A DNA stretch of 64,000 bases. Origin: Candidatus Bathyarchaeota archaeon (GTDB lineage Archaea > Thermoproteota > Bathyarchaeia > Bathyarchaeales > Bathycorpusculaceae). Position 1 is the stretch's first letter. Each line of letters opens with the position of its first letter. The position numbers were made by a program, and so were the translations under genes. The DNA lies in contig CAWABA010000007.1 in assembly GCA_963780185.1 (NCBI GenBank), positions 32,001 to 96,000 of the forward strand. The letters run 5' to 3'. Shown piece after piece: positions 8,851 through 20,258 of this stretch. The notes beneath the pieces are model-generated. The model saw nothing but the letters and a program-made list of their open reading frames with translations. It was not told the origin of the DNA and did not search any database.

Positions 8851-11055
8851 CTAAGCAACGGGTGTTTGTGGCTTTTGTACTTGTCGGAATTGCTGGTTGA
8901 AGCCCTTGTACCATTTTTCCATGTCGGGCGTTATTGACGGGCCCATTTCTTTGAGGGCATCCAGGAAATCCTTCATTGTGACTTCGCTGCATTGGACATC
9001 TCGGCGCAAGCCATGCATTGCTGCTTCGCGGCAGAGTGATTCGATGTCGGCGCCGGAATAGTACTTCGTCATAGTGGTTAGTTGGGCTAAATCAACGTCT
9101 TTGCTGATTGGCATAGTCTTCGTGTACAGCAAAAAGATTTGCATGCGGCTCTTTTCGTCTGGTTCAGGCACATAGATTAAGCGGTCAAATCTTCCTGGGC
9201 GAAGCACAGCGGGGTCAACCATGTGTGGACGATTGGTAGCAGCGATGATTATGATGTCTTGCAGCGTTGTTATGCCGTCCATTTCCGTTAGTAATTGGCT
9301 TATGACTCGCTCGAAAGAGCCGCTGTCAGACATGCCCATGTCACGTCTCGGCGTAAGAGAATCAATTTCATCCAAGAATATTACTGATGGCGCTGCCATG
9401 CGGGCTTTGCGGAAGACTTCACGGATCGCTTTTTCTGATTCGCCGAGCCATTTGCTGAAGACTTCAGGTCCCTTTATGGATATGAAGTTGGCTTCGCTTT
9501 CTGTTGCGACTGCCCTTGCAAGCAGGGTTTTACCGCAGCCAGGTGGACCGTAAAGCAGGATGCCTTTGGGTGCCCTGATGCCGAGGCGGGTGAACATTTC
9601 TGGGTTTTTGATTGGCCACTCGACGGATTCTTTTAGGTGTTCTTTGACGCTGTCTAAGCCGCCTATGTCGCTCCAATGCACCGTTGCGACTTCAATGTAG
9701 ACTTCGCGCATTGCGGTAGGCGTAACTTCCTTGTAGGCGCCTAAGAAATCTTCCATCGTAACTTCCATCTTCTCCAGCACGGCGGGTGGAATGCGTTCTT
9801 CTTCAAGGTTAATCTGAGGCAGGTACCTGCGGAGAGCTTTCATGGCTGTTTCTCTGCTCAAAGCCGATAAGTCCGCGCCTGTGTAGCCGTGTGTCATGTC
9901 AGCGAGTTTTTTGAGGTCAACGTCTTCTGCGGTTCTTTCGCCTTCAGGTTTTTCGAGACCGTGAAGCGGCATGCCTCGTGTATGAATCTGCAACACCTCA
10001 TATCTTCCACGCTTGTCAGGTACACTAATCTCAATTTCCCTGTCGAACCTTCCCGGTCTGCGTAAGGCTGGGTCAAGTGCGCCTGGACGGTTAGTTGCGC
10101 CGATAACTATGACGTTTCCTCTTCCGCTCAAGCCATCCATCAAGGCAAGAAGCTGCGCGACAACACGTCTTTCAACTTCGCCCGTGACTTCTTCACGTTT
10201 AGGCGCTATCGCATCAAGTTCATCAACGAATATTATGCTTGGAGCGTTCTGCTGAGCTTGCTGGAAAATCTCCCGTAGCCGCGCTTCGGATTCGCCGTAG
10301 AATTTACTCATGATTTCTGGACCGTTAATGGAGTAAAAGTTTGCTTCCGACTCGTTTGCGACCGCCCTTGCAAGCAGGGTTTTGCCGCAGCCAGGCGGAC
10401 CATGAAGCAGAACTCCTTTAGGTGGCTCGATGCCTAAGCGCTGGAAAAGCTCAGGGTGCCTCAGCGGCAACTCAACCATTTCGCGGACTCGCTGGATTTC
10501 TTCTCGTAGGCCACCGATGTCCTCGTAGGTGGTTCTGGGTAAGCCTTTGCCTTCGGGCGCTGGCTCGTTTAGTATCGTTAGGTGGGTTTCTGTTGTGACT
10601 TTTATTATGCCGTGGGGACGGGTTTTTGACACGGTGAATGGTATGGCGTGGCCGAGCATCATTACTAGTGTGGTGTCGCCTTCGACAAGTGTGCGTTCCA
10701 TGAGGCGGTTTCGCACGAAGTTGGTGAAGTCTTCATCAACGTTAAGTCGCATATCCACAGGAGCCAAAGTCAAACTCAAAGCCGTTTTGACTTTTGCAGG
10801 CCGAACAACAACATACTCGTTTATGGCTACGCCGCTGTTCTTGCGTGTGAAGCCGTCGATTCGGATGATATCGCGGTTCTGGTCTTCACTGTAAGCAGGC
10901 CAAGCGATAGCAGAAGTTGTACGTTTATTAATAATTTCAATTACGTCGCCAGCACTTATGCCTAATTTCTGCATAGTTTTCTGGTCTATTCGGGCGATTC
11001 CTCTGCCCACATCTCTTTGTCGTGCATCTCCAACGCGTAGTTGAACTTCACTCAA
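8851..11055 (-). CDS. cdc48: CDC48/VCP-family AAA+ ATPase
   Basis: N domain plus two AAA modules (GPPGCGKT twice, RPGRFDR twice). Confidence 0.97.
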   Translation of the reverse strand: MSEVQLRVGDARQRDVGRGIARIDQKTMQKLGISAGDVIEIINKRTTSAIAWPAYSEDQNRDIIRIDGFTRKNSGVAINEYVVVRPAKVKTALSLTLAPVDMRLNVDEDFTNFVRNRLMERTLVEGDTTLVMMLGHAIPFTVSKTRPHGIIKVTTETHLTILNEPAPEGKGLPRTTYEDIGGLREEIQRVREMVELPLRHPELFQRLGIEPPKGVLLHGPPGCGKTLLARAVANESEANFYSINGPEIMSKFYGESEARLREIFQQAQQNAPSIIFVDELDAIAPKREEVTGEVERRVVAQLLALMDGLSGRGNVIVIGATNRPGALDPALRRPGRFDREIEISVPDKRGRYEVLQIHTRGMPLHGLEKPEGERTAEDVDLKKLADMTHGYTGADLSALSRETAMKALRRYLPQINLEEERIPPAVLEKMEVTMEDFLGAYKEVTPTAMREVYIEVATVHWSDIGGLDSVKEHLKESVEWPIKNPEMFTRLGIRAPKGILLYGPPGCGKTLLARAVATESEANFISIKGPEVFSKWLGESEKAIREVFRKARMAAPSVIFLDEIDSLTPRRDMGMSDSGSFERVISQLLTEMDGITTLQDIIIIAATNRPHMVDPAVLRPGRFDRLIYVPEPDEKSRMQIFLLYTKTMPISKDVDLAQLTTMTKYYSGADIESLCREAAMHGLRRDVQCSEVTMKDFLDALKEMGPSITPDMEKWYKGFNQQFRQVQKPQTPVA

Positions 11056-11206
11056 ACAGAATCCTCCAAATAATCGGGCTTAATGGACAATGAGTGGAAA
11101 AGAACATTTAAACCTATATAAACTTTCAAGCGTAACATTTGGAACTTTCAGGTGCAAACTAACACTGAACCTGAAGGAGGTTTAGCCTGAACCAAGCGTT
11201 CGGCGG

Positions 11207-11485
11207 CTAATCTCTGCTGCTTCTACGCAGAAACATCGTTTGCGCTTGGCTTACACCCGGCAACTTACCGAGGTTTTCCTCGAACTCGTCAACGATACCT
11301 GATTTGTCCTCTGGAAACTTTAGCTGAACAAGAAGCGCGACAAGCCCGAAAGCGACTGGTTCCTCGCCCCATCCTTCGATGGAAGCGAACTCGGGTTTAA
11401 TGCCTTCAATAGCCTTTTTGAGGCCGTCAAAGCTCGCCACTATGTCTTCTGGAAACACCTTGTAAGTTACAATAACGCTACCCAT
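11207..11485 (-). CDS. ef1b: translation elongation factor aEF-1beta
   Basis: EEPVAFGLVAL motif; located behind the Zn-ribbon gene. Confidence 0.9.
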   Translation of the reverse strand: MGSVIVTYKVFPEDIVASFDGLKKAIEGIKPEFASIEGWGEEPVAFGLVALLVQLKFPEDKSGIVDEFEENLGKLPGVSQAQTMFLRRSSRD

Positions 11486-11499
11486 GCCCTAATCGCCTT

Positions 11500-11697
11500 T
11501 TATGGTCCCGTGAAACCGCATTTTGGGCATTTGTAGATGCGTCCGAACTTGCGGCATTTTCCGTCGCGTTTAATTTGGATTTCTCCGCAGTTTGGGCAGA
11601 GGAACTTTGTAGATTCGCTGCCAGGCGGAATTGGTTTGCCGCAGCTTGTGCAGGTGAACATGGACAGTGCTGTTTGTCTTTCTGTCATAATCGACAT
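11500..11697 (-). CDS. Zn-ribbon protein (HVO_2753/DUF1610-like)
   Basis: CTSCG, F.CPNCGE, CRK, Y.CPKCGF.GP. Confidence 0.88.
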   Translation of the reverse strand: MSIMTERQTALSMFTCTSCGKPIPPGSESTKFLCPNCGEIQIKRDGKCRKFGRIYKCPKCGFTGP

Positions 11698-11986
11698 CTC
11701 TTGCGGTTTTAAATTGGTAGGGTTCCTTATATCTGCTGTGCTCCACGAGGCGAATTAAACCACTGGTTCTTCTTTTCGGATTTTTGAGGCTTGAAAACAA
11801 CAAGTTTGGCTTGTGGTATTTCGCAATTCAACGTATCCAATTTTGCAGAGTTGGTTTTGCAACAAAAACTGTGTCGATTCATTGCGGGCTTCATATCACT
11901 TGTTGCGTCAGCATGTTACAACATCGTCTTATTAATTATCATATGGAAATAAACAATGTCGGGAAGCTCAGCGTGGAGGTGAGTGA

Positions 11987-12529
11987 TTGAAAAAGAGATT
12001 TTTGATTTTAGCAATAACTTTAGTTTTAGCCGTAGCTGTTCCCCTTGTGATTGCCCAAATTGTCCAGCAAAACCAGACTCTCCACGTCAGCGGAACCGCA
12101 AAGTACCCCCGAAATATTTCGTCAACTCCAATGCCCTCGCCCCTTGCCACGGCTTCAGACCCTCCGTCAACCGTTCAGTTTGCCCTGTTTTTTCCTAACG
12201 ACACCAGCTGCCCAACAACCTTGACTAACTTGCCCTGCAACATCTACGGACCGTTAGACTCTGTCGGCGGAATACCCGCGACAACCCAGTTGGTTGTGAA
12301 GAACACAGGTAGCCTCCCCATCAACGTAGCTGTGAGCGCCTCCAACGTACAGGTGCCAAGCAACATCCAGTTTAACGTGGCGGGAGACGTTGAATTCAAC
12401 CCCATCGCCGTGGGCGCATCAGCGAACCTGTACATAGCCATCAACATGGTGACGACAAACACGAATTTTGTAGCAGGCACACCATTCAGCTACAGCTTCG
12501 ACATAACCGTAACAGCAACAAAAGCCTAA
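11987..12529 (+). CDS. secreted hypothetical protein
   Basis: Signal peptide MKKRFLILAITLVLAVA; beta-rich body; GGAGGTGA upstream. Confidence 0.7.
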   Translation: MKKRFLILAITLVLAVAVPLVIAQIVQQNQTLHVSGTAKYPRNISSTPMPSPLATASDPPSTVQFALFFPNDTSCPTTLTNLPCNIYGPLDSVGGIPATTQLVVKNTGSLPINVAVSASNVQVPSNIQFNVAGDVEFNPIAVGASANLYIAINMVTTNTNFVAGTPFSYSFDITVTATKA

Positions 12530-12579
12530 ACCTGTTTTTTAGTCATTGTTTTTTCGAAAAATGGTTTTAAAGCGTACAG

Positions 12580-12867
12580 TTAACTATATTTCTCTTTCTT
12601 TTCTTCTGCTCTAGCGATTGTACGTTGGTATCTTTCCTCAAGCTCTTCCTCGTACGCTTGGTGAGGGTCAATTTCGGAGACTGATGGCCCGCTCCTGGCG
12701 ATTTTTCTGAATACTGCAACAGCATCGAACCACCGCCTCACAATCAACTTATTATCCTCCAGAACAAAGTAAACCTGCGAACCAGGCTCCAACTTGAGGG
12801 CATCCCGCATCGCTTTAGGAATAGTAACTTGCCCTTTTGAACCCACTTTCCTTTGCTCTTGCTTCAA
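12580..12867 (-). CDS. AbrB/MazE/SpoVT-family DNA-binding protein (VapB-like antitoxin)
   Basis: RKVGSKGQVTIPKAMRDALKLEPG. Confidence 0.85.
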   Translation of the reverse strand: MKQEQRKVGSKGQVTIPKAMRDALKLEPGSQVYFVLEDNKLIVRRWFDAVAVFRKIARSGPSVSEIDPHQAYEEELEERYQRTIARAEEKKEKYS

Positions 12868-12961
12868 TTTCTTTCACACATTTACATGGTGAGCCAGACA
12901 TTAAAGAGTCATTCGCAAGTTTATTAAGAAAGTTTTTCGCCTATCTTAATCGTGATGAGTT

Positions 12962-13990
12962 TTGGGCGTAGACTTTAAGGATCTTGTTCCGAAAACCCCA
13001 GTTAAACTTGAAGACTTAAGCGGCAAAATAATCGCTATAGACGCTTACAACGCCATCTACCAGTTCCTCAGCATCATCCGCCAACCCGACGGCACACCCC
13101 TCAAAGACAGCACGGGACACATCACCAGCCACCTAAGCGGGCTCTTTTACCGCACCAGCAACCTCGTTGAGATGGGTTTGAAGCCGATTTACGTTTTCGA
13201 TGGGATCCCGCCGACGTTGAAGGCGACTGAGATTGAGCGGCGCAAGGCGGTTAAGGTTCAAGCCGTTGCAAGCTACGAGAAGGCTGCGGCGAAGGGCGAC
13301 ACGGAGAAGATGCGGATGTTTGCTCAGGCATCAACAAGCATGAAAGACTACATGCAGGAGGACAGCCGCAAACTGCTGGAGCTGATGGGTTTGCCGTGGG
13401 TAAGCGCGCCAAGCGAAGGGGAAGCCCAAGCTGCCCACATGACCAAAAAAGGCGACGCAGACTACTGTGCAAGCCAGGATTATGATAGCTTGCTTTTCGG
13501 AGCGCCAAAAATGCTGCGGAACATCACGATTTCGGGCAGGCGCAAGCGTGGCAACGCGTACGTTGAGGTTGTGCCTGAAGTGATGGAGCTGTCTAAAACC
13601 CTGAGCGAAACAGGCTTAACCTATGAGCAGCTCATCGACGTCGGTATTCTCATCGGCACAGACTTCAACCCTGACGGCATAAAAGGGCTCGGACCAAAAA
13701 CCGCCCTAAAACTAGTCAAGGAATACGGGTCGCTGGAGAACGCTTTGCCCCACATAAAAAACGCGACCTTCCCCGTTGAGCCAAACTGCATACGCCGTAT
13801 CTTTCTGCATCCTGAAGTCACCGACAACTACAAGCTGCAATGGTGCGAGCCAAACGTGGAGGGTGTCGTCGACTTGATGGTGAGGCAAAAAGAGTTCTCG
13901 GAAGACCGAGTCAGAAAATCCCTTGACAGAATGATGGCTGGTAGCAAGAAGCAGAAGGCAAAGGTTTCGCTGGAAAAATGGTTCGGCTAA
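12962..13990 (+). CDS. fen: flap endonuclease 1
   Basis: DAYNAIYQFLS.IRQPDGTPL, EGEAQAA, SQDYD.LLFG, C-terminal PIP-like SLEKWF. Confidence 0.97.
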   Translation: MGVDFKDLVPKTPVKLEDLSGKIIAIDAYNAIYQFLSIIRQPDGTPLKDSTGHITSHLSGLFYRTSNLVEMGLKPIYVFDGIPPTLKATEIERRKAVKVQAVASYEKAAAKGDTEKMRMFAQASTSMKDYMQEDSRKLLELMGLPWVSAPSEGEAQAAHMTKKGDADYCASQDYDSLLFGAPKMLRNITISGRRKRGNAYVEVVPEVMELSKTLSETGLTYEQLIDVGILIGTDFNPDGIKGLGPKTALKLVKEYGSLENALPHIKNATFPVEPNCIRRIFLHPEVTDNYKLQWCEPNVEGVVDLMVRQKEFSEDRVRKSLDRMMAGSKKQKAKVSLEKWFG

Positions 13991-14020
13991 TCATTCAACC
14001 CGCATTTTGAGAGGTTGCCT

Positions 14021-14111
14021 CTATTTGGCTCATCTAGATGCTTCTATTTGGATCATCTAGTAGACCGAGGGGGTAGGCTGTGAGAGAAAGAGAGACGACC
14101 TATGGGTTCCT
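14021..14111 (+). repeat. dispersed intergenic element, copy 1
   Basis: CTATTTGGCTCATCTAGATGCTTCTATTTGGATCATCTAGTAGACCGAGGGGGTAGG aligns with 48640 (+) and 63438 (-). Confidence 0.85.
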
Positions 14112-14182
14112 GCTATTTTGATTAAAATCAAATCCACAACAAAAGAGTCGCGAAAAAAAATCAATGAGGAAAAAAGGGAAAG

Positions 14183-16012
14183 TTACTTTACAGTAACGCA
14201 TTTGGCGAGGTTTCTTGGCATGTCGGGGTTGTAGCCTTTGGCGAGAGCAACATAGTAGGCTAGAAGCTGCAGGGGCACGACGAAGGGAATCGGCGACAGA
14301 ACACTTGGGATGCCTTTGGGAACCTCGATTAAGTCATCTGCCAACACTTTGACTTCTTCGTCCCCTTCCTCAGCAACGGCGATTATGCGGGCACCTCTGG
14401 CTTTCATCTCCATGATGTTTCCAATCAACGTCTTGTGGCAGTCATCTCTGGGGCAAACGAAAACCACTGGGAACCCATTTTCTATCAGGCTTATTGGTCC
14501 ATGTTTGCTTTCTCCTGCTGGGAACGCTATCGACGGGATATAGGCGATTTCCATGAGTTTGAGTCTGCCTTCGTAGGCGGTGGCGGTGCTGATTCCTCTG
14601 CCTAAGAAAAAGAACACTTTCGCATTCTTGTATTTCTGGGCGATTTGCTTGACTTTTTCCTCTTGTGTCTTAACTATCGTGTCGGCAATTTCTGGCAACT
14701 TCTGCAAAGCTATTTCAAGGCTGTCCATTTCATCCTGAGAAACTTTGCCTCTCTTCTTAGCTAGCCTAAGCGCAAGCTGAGCCAGCACGGAAAGCTGAGA
14801 GGTGAAAGTTTTCGTCGCGGCAACTCCGATCTCTGGGCCTGCCTGTGTTCCGATGTAAACGCGGGAAATCCGTGTTAGTGAGGAGCCTATGACGTTTGTT
14901 AGGCTTAGAATTGTGGCTGCCCGCTGCTGGGCAACGGTAACGGCTGCAATGGTGTCTGCCGTTTCGCCTGACTGGCTGACCGCCAGAATGGTGCTGTCGA
15001 TGCTTACTGATTTGCCATGTTGCTCTATGAATTCTGAAGCGTAAACTGGATGTGTAGGCAAGAACGCCAGCTTTGAGAACATGTATGAAGCCGCTAGGCA
15101 TGCGTGGTAGCTTGTTCCGCATGCGACAAGAAAAACTTCGTTGGCTCGGTCAAGGAAAGTTGTAAGTAAATCCAGATAGTGCTCCTGCATTCTTAGGGTG
15201 TTGCGGAGGGTTTCAGGCTGCTCATGAATCTCTTTAATCATGAAGTGGGGGTAGCCTTGTTTAATAGCCATTTCAGCTGACCACTCGATGATTTCTGGTT
15301 CCCGAATGACTGGGCTGGAATCCGAGATTTTCTTGATCTCGTAACTGTCCGCTGTTAGGATAACCATTTCACCGTTGTTTATCATGACTGCCTTGTTGGT
15401 GATTGGCAGAAAAGCTGGAATGTCGGATGCGCAGAAAACACCTTTCCCGTTGATGCCTAAGACCAGTGGGCTTTCGTTTCTGGCGCAGACAATCTTGTCG
15501 GGCTCTTTTGTGGAGATTACTGCGAGGGCGTATGATCCTTCGAGTCGCTTGAGGCTTTCTTGAACTGCATCGACGAAGGAGAGTTTGGGGTTCTGTTTGA
15601 TTGTTTGCTCAATTAAATGCGGGATTACTTCAGTGTCTGTTTTGGAAACAAAAGTGTGGTCAAGATTCTGCAGCTCCGTTCTGAGCTCCATGAAGTTCTC
15701 GATGATTCCGTTGTGCACAACCATTATTTCGCCTGTGCAGTCGGAGTGAGGGTGAGAGTTAACTTTTAGTGGTGCACCATGCGTCGCCCAACGGGTGTGC
15801 CCGATCCCTATTGAGCCTGGCATATCGTCAAGGTTTAAGATTTTATGGACCTCGTCGATTTTTCCCTGATCCTTCTTCAGGTATATTTTGCCTTCAGAAA
15901 TTGTCGCTATGCCGACTGAGTCGTAGCCTCGGTATTCAAGCCGTTTAAGTGACGAATGTATAAGGGGAGCGGCGTTTCCTTCTTTTAAAACACAACCAAA
16001 TATTCCACACAT
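14183..16012 (-). CDS. glmS: glutamine--fructose-6-phosphate aminotransferase
   Basis: MCGIFG start, LEYRGYDS, GHTRWATHG, SQSGETAD, PRNLAK.VTV. Confidence 0.97.
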   Translation of the reverse strand: MCGIFGCVLKEGNAAPLIHSSLKRLEYRGYDSVGIATISEGKIYLKKDQGKIDEVHKILNLDDMPGSIGIGHTRWATHGAPLKVNSHPHSDCTGEIMVVHNGIIENFMELRTELQNLDHTFVSKTDTEVIPHLIEQTIKQNPKLSFVDAVQESLKRLEGSYALAVISTKEPDKIVCARNESPLVLGINGKGVFCASDIPAFLPITNKAVMINNGEMVILTADSYEIKKISDSSPVIREPEIIEWSAEMAIKQGYPHFMIKEIHEQPETLRNTLRMQEHYLDLLTTFLDRANEVFLVACGTSYHACLAASYMFSKLAFLPTHPVYASEFIEQHGKSVSIDSTILAVSQSGETADTIAAVTVAQQRAATILSLTNVIGSSLTRISRVYIGTQAGPEIGVAATKTFTSQLSVLAQLALRLAKKRGKVSQDEMDSLEIALQKLPEIADTIVKTQEEKVKQIAQKYKNAKVFFFLGRGISTATAYEGRLKLMEIAYIPSIAFPAGESKHGPISLIENGFPVVFVCPRDDCHKTLIGNIMEMKARGARIIAVAEEGDEEVKVLADDLIEVPKGIPSVLSPIPFVVPLQLLAYYVALAKGYNPDMPRNLAKCVTVK

Positions 16013-16234
16013 ATCATAAGCCTCGCTTCTTAACAACGATTAACTCTAGGAAGCTGGACGTACGCTAATAAGCATTTTTAAGATTTAGGTTTGACCGCTA
16101 AAAAAAAGGTTGTAGCAGTTTCTCCCTTTTTTCCATGCAAACGGGCAACCGCAAGCTTAATTGTAGACCGATTTTTTGCACCGTTATAAATAAATTTTTT
16201 ATAGTACTATGTTCTAACACATCAGGACCAAATC

Positions 16235-17197
16235 ATGGACAAGAAACTTCTTCTTCAAGACAACGGCAACACCCAAGAAGTAAAAGAAATCAGCATGATA
16301 AACGACTCACAAAAACTGAAAATGGTGCTGGGCGACCTAAGCTGGAAAATCCTAACTATGCTTTCAAAAAAAGAGATGTACCCCTTAGAAATCGCGAAAG
16401 AGTTAGGTATGCACGAACAAAAAATCTACTACCACATAAGAATACTTGCCAAAGCAGGTGCCATAACTGTTGAGCGGGAAGAAAAAAAGAAAGGTGCAAC
16501 TGCAAAATACTACAAAGCCGTCTCACCCGCATTCGGAATCGAGTTCCCACTCGGCTACAAGCCAATCCAGAACATGTGCACCCTAAGTTTAGACAAGCAA
16601 CTTCAGGATTTCTTCAGAGAATTCGTCAGCAACGGCACTTTCGATGGAAAAATAGTCGTAGGCAGCCCCCAACCTCATGGACCATTCAAAACCAGCGCGC
16701 GAGACGGACACTACGCCGCACACTTAGCCCTTTTCCTTGGGCAATTCGCGAAGATGCCGACTGAATTCGCGGTTAAACTGGACGTTGACGTGAAAGTGGA
16801 GAAAGAAGAAAAAAACAACCTCATCCTCGTAGGCGGACCCGGCACAAACCTCCTCACACAGGAAATAAACGAGTACCTACCCATCAAATTCATAATGCAA
16901 TCATCCGACCAGGGATTCCTGCTCGGCGGCTTACGCTCAGAAAAAACCCTGCAGGTTTACACCTCGGACGTTTCAGGCTTAATAGCCAAAATCGTTAACC
17001 CCTGGGATAACACCAAACGCATCGTTATCTTAGCAGGCAACAAAGCAGTCGGGACAAAAGCGTGCGTTTTGGCTTTGACCAACTTTTGGAAGAAAACCCT
17101 GCAGAAGTACAGGGGGCAGGACACTTTCGCGGTTGTGATTCAGGGGTTTGATCTGGACGGAGACGGCAAAGTCGATTCCATCGAGGTCAACGAATAG
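16235..17197 (+). CDS. ArsR-like HTH regulator with a C-terminal alpha/beta domain
   Basis: EMYPLEIAKELGMHEQKIYYH; NLILVGGP..N. Confidence 0.75.
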   Translation: MDKKLLLQDNGNTQEVKEISMINDSQKLKMVLGDLSWKILTMLSKKEMYPLEIAKELGMHEQKIYYHIRILAKAGAITVEREEKKKGATAKYYKAVSPAFGIEFPLGYKPIQNMCTLSLDKQLQDFFREFVSNGTFDGKIVVGSPQPHGPFKTSARDGHYAAHLALFLGQFAKMPTEFAVKLDVDVKVEKEEKNNLILVGGPGTNLLTQEINEYLPIKFIMQSSDQGFLLGGLRSEKTLQVYTSDVSGLIAKIVNPWDNTKRIVILAGNKAVGTKACVLALTNFWKKTLQKYRGQDTFAVVIQGFDLDGDGKVDSIEVNE

Positions 17198-17631
17198 TGA
17201 GTTCCAAGCAAACGAAAGAAACAGTCTGGGCTTTTGGGCACGCGAACATTCAAGCAGTTCACCCCTCAACTTTAATGTTTACAAAAGAGAAGAATCTTTC
17301 TAAAACAGGTGACTGCATTGTAGCCGTCGCAGCTGACAAAGCCCCCGCAGACTTAAGCCCGCAATTCAAAGAAAAACTAAAAGCGTCAAACGCCAAACTA
17401 ACAATATTAATCGAGGCTGACGGCTCAACTCAGCAGCTCAATGCCTTTGGCTCCCCAAAACTGGTTCTGTCCAACCCGAACGACATGGTGATTAGAAAAA
17501 GCGACTACGTCTCAGACCGAACCCTGGCAATCCACGCTGACAAATCGTCAAGTGACCTGCCGAGGGAATTCGTAGAAAAACTGAAAAATCCCCAACAGAA
17601 ACTAAAAATCACCTTGATTGTGGAATCCTAA
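17197..17631 (+). CDS. DUF371-domain protein
   Basis: GH.NI.A.H..T, GDCIVAV.ADK, VIRKSDY..DRTL.I.ADK. Confidence 0.85.
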   Translation: MSSKQTKETVWAFGHANIQAVHPSTLMFTKEKNLSKTGDCIVAVAADKAPADLSPQFKEKLKASNAKLTILIEADGSTQQLNAFGSPKLVLSNPNDMVIRKSDYVSDRTLAIHADKSSSDLPREFVEKLKNPQQKLKITLIVES

Positions 17632-18698
17632 TCGATTTTGGCGTCCAAAACAACCTGAGATTCGAAGGGCGCAGTTTCACGAACACTTCTCGCGCATAGA
17701 AAAGCTTCCACTTTTCTACCCGATTTCTCAACGGCGCCTGAAAAACGAAGTTTCAGGTTTTCCACCGTGTCGGGTAGTCGGACAAAACCGTAAAAGTGGA
17801 TCACTCCGCCCTTGGGCTTAACGGCTTGGCAAGCGGCTTGGACAAACTCTATGGCTGTTTCAGGCAGATTCATTATAACCCTGTCAGCTGAGCCCTTAAG
17901 CTTGGTTTCCGTGAGTTGCCTCGCGTCGCCTAGGATGGGGAAAACGCGGTTTTCAACCCTGTTAACCCTGACATTGACCTTGAGCAGCTCAACGGCTTCT
18001 GGATTAATGTCAACAGCGAAAACCCGAACGCCTGGGTTCCTTTTTCCGATGAGCACTGAGAAGGGGCCAACCCCAGCGAACAGATCCACCACGGTTTCGC
18101 CCTCCTGCACAAGTGAAGCCACACGCATATGCTCATTCGAAAGCCTAGGCGAAAAATACGCTTTGCCCAAGTCAACATGGTACTGGCACCCGAATTCCCT
18201 GTGAATCGTGTGGGTTTTTTGTTCTCCAGCGATAAAAGTGAATTCACGCACACGAAACGTCCCAGTTATTGCACCTGCCTTCGCAAGCACGGTCTTGATG
18301 TTTCTGTGGGTTTTTATGATTGCTTCGCCTACGGGTTTCTCGTAGGGTTTGAGTTCAGGCGGAATTTCAACGACGGCGATGTCGCCTACAATGTCTAAGG
18401 CTTGAGGCAGAGTAGCCAGTAGATGAGGCGGCAGGGATGCTTCGAGGGTTTGGATGAGGGTTGGCGCCGTCGCCCTTTTTTGAGTGAATGAGCCTTTCTC
18501 AAGTTGGAACTCGGGAACTTGGCTCCTTAGTTTTGCCAACTCGTTTTCTTCAAGTTCGCGAACCAGCGGGATGCAAAGGTTCTTTTCGTCTCGGTGAATC
18601 TCCAACGTTTTGTCCAGCACCCCGAGTTTGCTGGCTAACGCTATTGCGGCTTCGCCCCTCTGTTTCGGAATTCTTATGCAAACGGCTGTTCTCTGCAT
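17628..18698 (-). CDS. Trm5/Met-10+-family tRNA methyltransferase
   Basis: YFSPRL..E, D.FAGVGPF, DINP.A, ADRVIMNLP. Confidence 0.88.
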   Translation of the reverse strand: MQRTAVCIRIPKQRGEAAIALASKLGVLDKTLEIHRDEKNLCIPLVRELEENELAKLRSQVPEFQLEKGSFTQKRATAPTLIQTLEASLPPHLLATLPQALDIVGDIAVVEIPPELKPYEKPVGEAIIKTHRNIKTVLAKAGAITGTFRVREFTFIAGEQKTHTIHREFGCQYHVDLGKAYFSPRLSNEHMRVASLVQEGETVVDLFAGVGPFSVLIGKRNPGVRVFAVDINPEAVELLKVNVRVNRVENRVFPILGDARQLTETKLKGSADRVIMNLPETAIEFVQAACQAVKPKGGVIHFYGFVRLPDTVENLKLRFSGAVEKSGRKVEAFLCARSVRETAPFESQVVLDAKID

Positions 18699-18702
18699 GG
18701 TA

Positions 18703-19740
18703 TCAGCTGCACTTTTCTATCCTGTAGAGGTTGTTTACTTTTTGAGTGGTGAATTTAACGTTTAACATTTTTTCCATCAGCCAAATGTTGGATTCAATGT
18801 GTTCTGTGATTGTTCTGGCTAGCAAGATTGATTTGCCCCGCGTCAGCGCCATGTAGGGATTAAGCATGTCAGCTAAGAAAACGTCGACAGTTGGCTTTGC
18901 AGACAACTCTGCGACGAGCTTTTCCGCAGCCTCGTTTCCGACAGCCTCTGCCGTTTTGCGTAATTCACCGATTGCGTCGGCGCCTATAATCATGCCACTG
19001 TCGGTCTTCGCCCATAGGACTATTGAGCTTCCCTTCTGAAAACGGTTCGACTCATCATTCACAACCTCTATATCAGCGCTGTAGCCCTTTCGTGACAGGA
19101 AATCTTGCGCCGCCTTCGCCTGCCGCTCTGCAACCTGTCGGTCAGCCAAGAAAGTGCAGACGGAAACGCCGCTTACGCTTTCTATTTTGCCAAAATTCTC
19201 CAAGATAATGGGTTTTAGCGTTGGGTTTGGCTTAACGGTAAGTGTGGCTTCACCCATCCCCTTCGGGTAGTAGCCGTATTTCTGAACAGATATCTCCGAT
19301 TCGACACCCATATAGGCAAGCGTCGGCAGAAACACATTTCGCATGTAGTTAATCGTCGGCGCGTGGGTGGTATCTGTTCCCCCCTTTGCAACATGCAAGC
19401 GAACGGGTGAGTCTGCAAACAAACATATTGGCATCACCGCCAAAAGCAGCATCGGGATGCTTCCAGCCGTCTCAATTACTGCTTCGATGTTGCCGCCTCT
19501 TATTTGCTGAGGTGTAAACCAAAGCTCTCTTGAACCCAAAGCGGCACCCTGCACCTTCGCATCGCACAGTTTGGCTGCCGTTAGCACGGCTTCAAGATGC
19601 TGAGGTTTCAAGCCGGGTTGAGGACGGCTCTGCCTGATATTGTAAATATGCAGTGGCTGATTTGCGATGGCTGCCAAGGCTACTGAGAGGCGAAGAATCG
19701 TGCCGCTGCCGCTTTTTTGGCTCCCATCAATTTCAATCAT
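18703..19740 (-). CDS. rtcA: RNA 3'-terminal phosphate cyclase
   Basis: IDGS...G.G.ILR, RPQPGLKPQH, GGTD...AP, GYYPKG.G. Confidence 0.92.
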   Translation of the reverse strand: MIEIDGSQKSGSGTILRLSVALAAIANQPLHIYNIRQSRPQPGLKPQHLEAVLTAAKLCDAKVQGAALGSRELWFTPQQIRGGNIEAVIETAGSIPMLLLAVMPICLFADSPVRLHVAKGGTDTTHAPTINYMRNVFLPTLAYMGVESEISVQKYGYYPKGMGEATLTVKPNPTLKPIILENFGKIESVSGVSVCTFLADRQVAERQAKAAQDFLSRKGYSADIEVVNDESNRFQKGSSIVLWAKTDSGMIIGADAIGELRKTAEAVGNEAAEKLVAELSAKPTVDVFLADMLNPYMALTRGKSILLARTITEHIESNIWLMEKMLNVKFTTQKVNNLYRIEKCS

Positions 19741-19835
19741 GCCGTTTTCCTGCTGAATCTTAGCTGAAGTTTGAGGTTGCAAACAATTAATAAGCTTCTT
19801 GGGGTTATTTAGGAGTTTAAAGGGGAGCGTTAGAT

Positions 19836-20249
19836 ATGAGCACTGACAAAGAAAAGCTAAATGAACTCGTCGGCAAGGTTGAGGAGCTTACCGTAAAATT
19901 AGCCAAGGTTTCTGAAGAGTTGAAATCGGTTTCCACATCGCTAAAATCTCTCGCAACAGGCCAAACCAACCATCCAGCGCCACCACCTACCCAAGCGACG
20001 CCACCTCCAGCTGCACCAGCAACAGGGCAAAAACTGAGAACGCTCGACGACATCCGCATGTCTTTCCCCGAGGAATTAGAAAGCCTACTGGGCTTCGAGG
20101 AAAAAGGCGACTACATAATAATCAAACTGATGGGTTTTCTTGGCTCCGAGAAATTTGCGAAAATCGCGTCAGCGGTCCGAGGTATGGGCGGAGAATACAT
20201 CAGCGCAGGCAAAGAGTCACATTTCAGGGTCCCCAAGAAAAAAGCGTAA
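19836..20249 (+). CDS. hypothetical protein (coiled coil, Pro-rich linker, small C-terminal domain)
   Basis: Fills the gap with GGGGAG upstream; FLGSEKFAKIA...GGEYISAGKESHFRVP. Confidence 0.7.
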   Translation: MSTDKEKLNELVGKVEELTVKLAKVSEELKSVSTSLKSLATGQTNHPAPPPTQATPPPAAPATGQKLRTLDDIRMSFPEELESLLGFEEKGDYIIIKLMGFLGSEKFAKIASAVRGMGGEYISAGKESHFRVPKKKA

Positions 20250-20258
20250 GTGAACTTC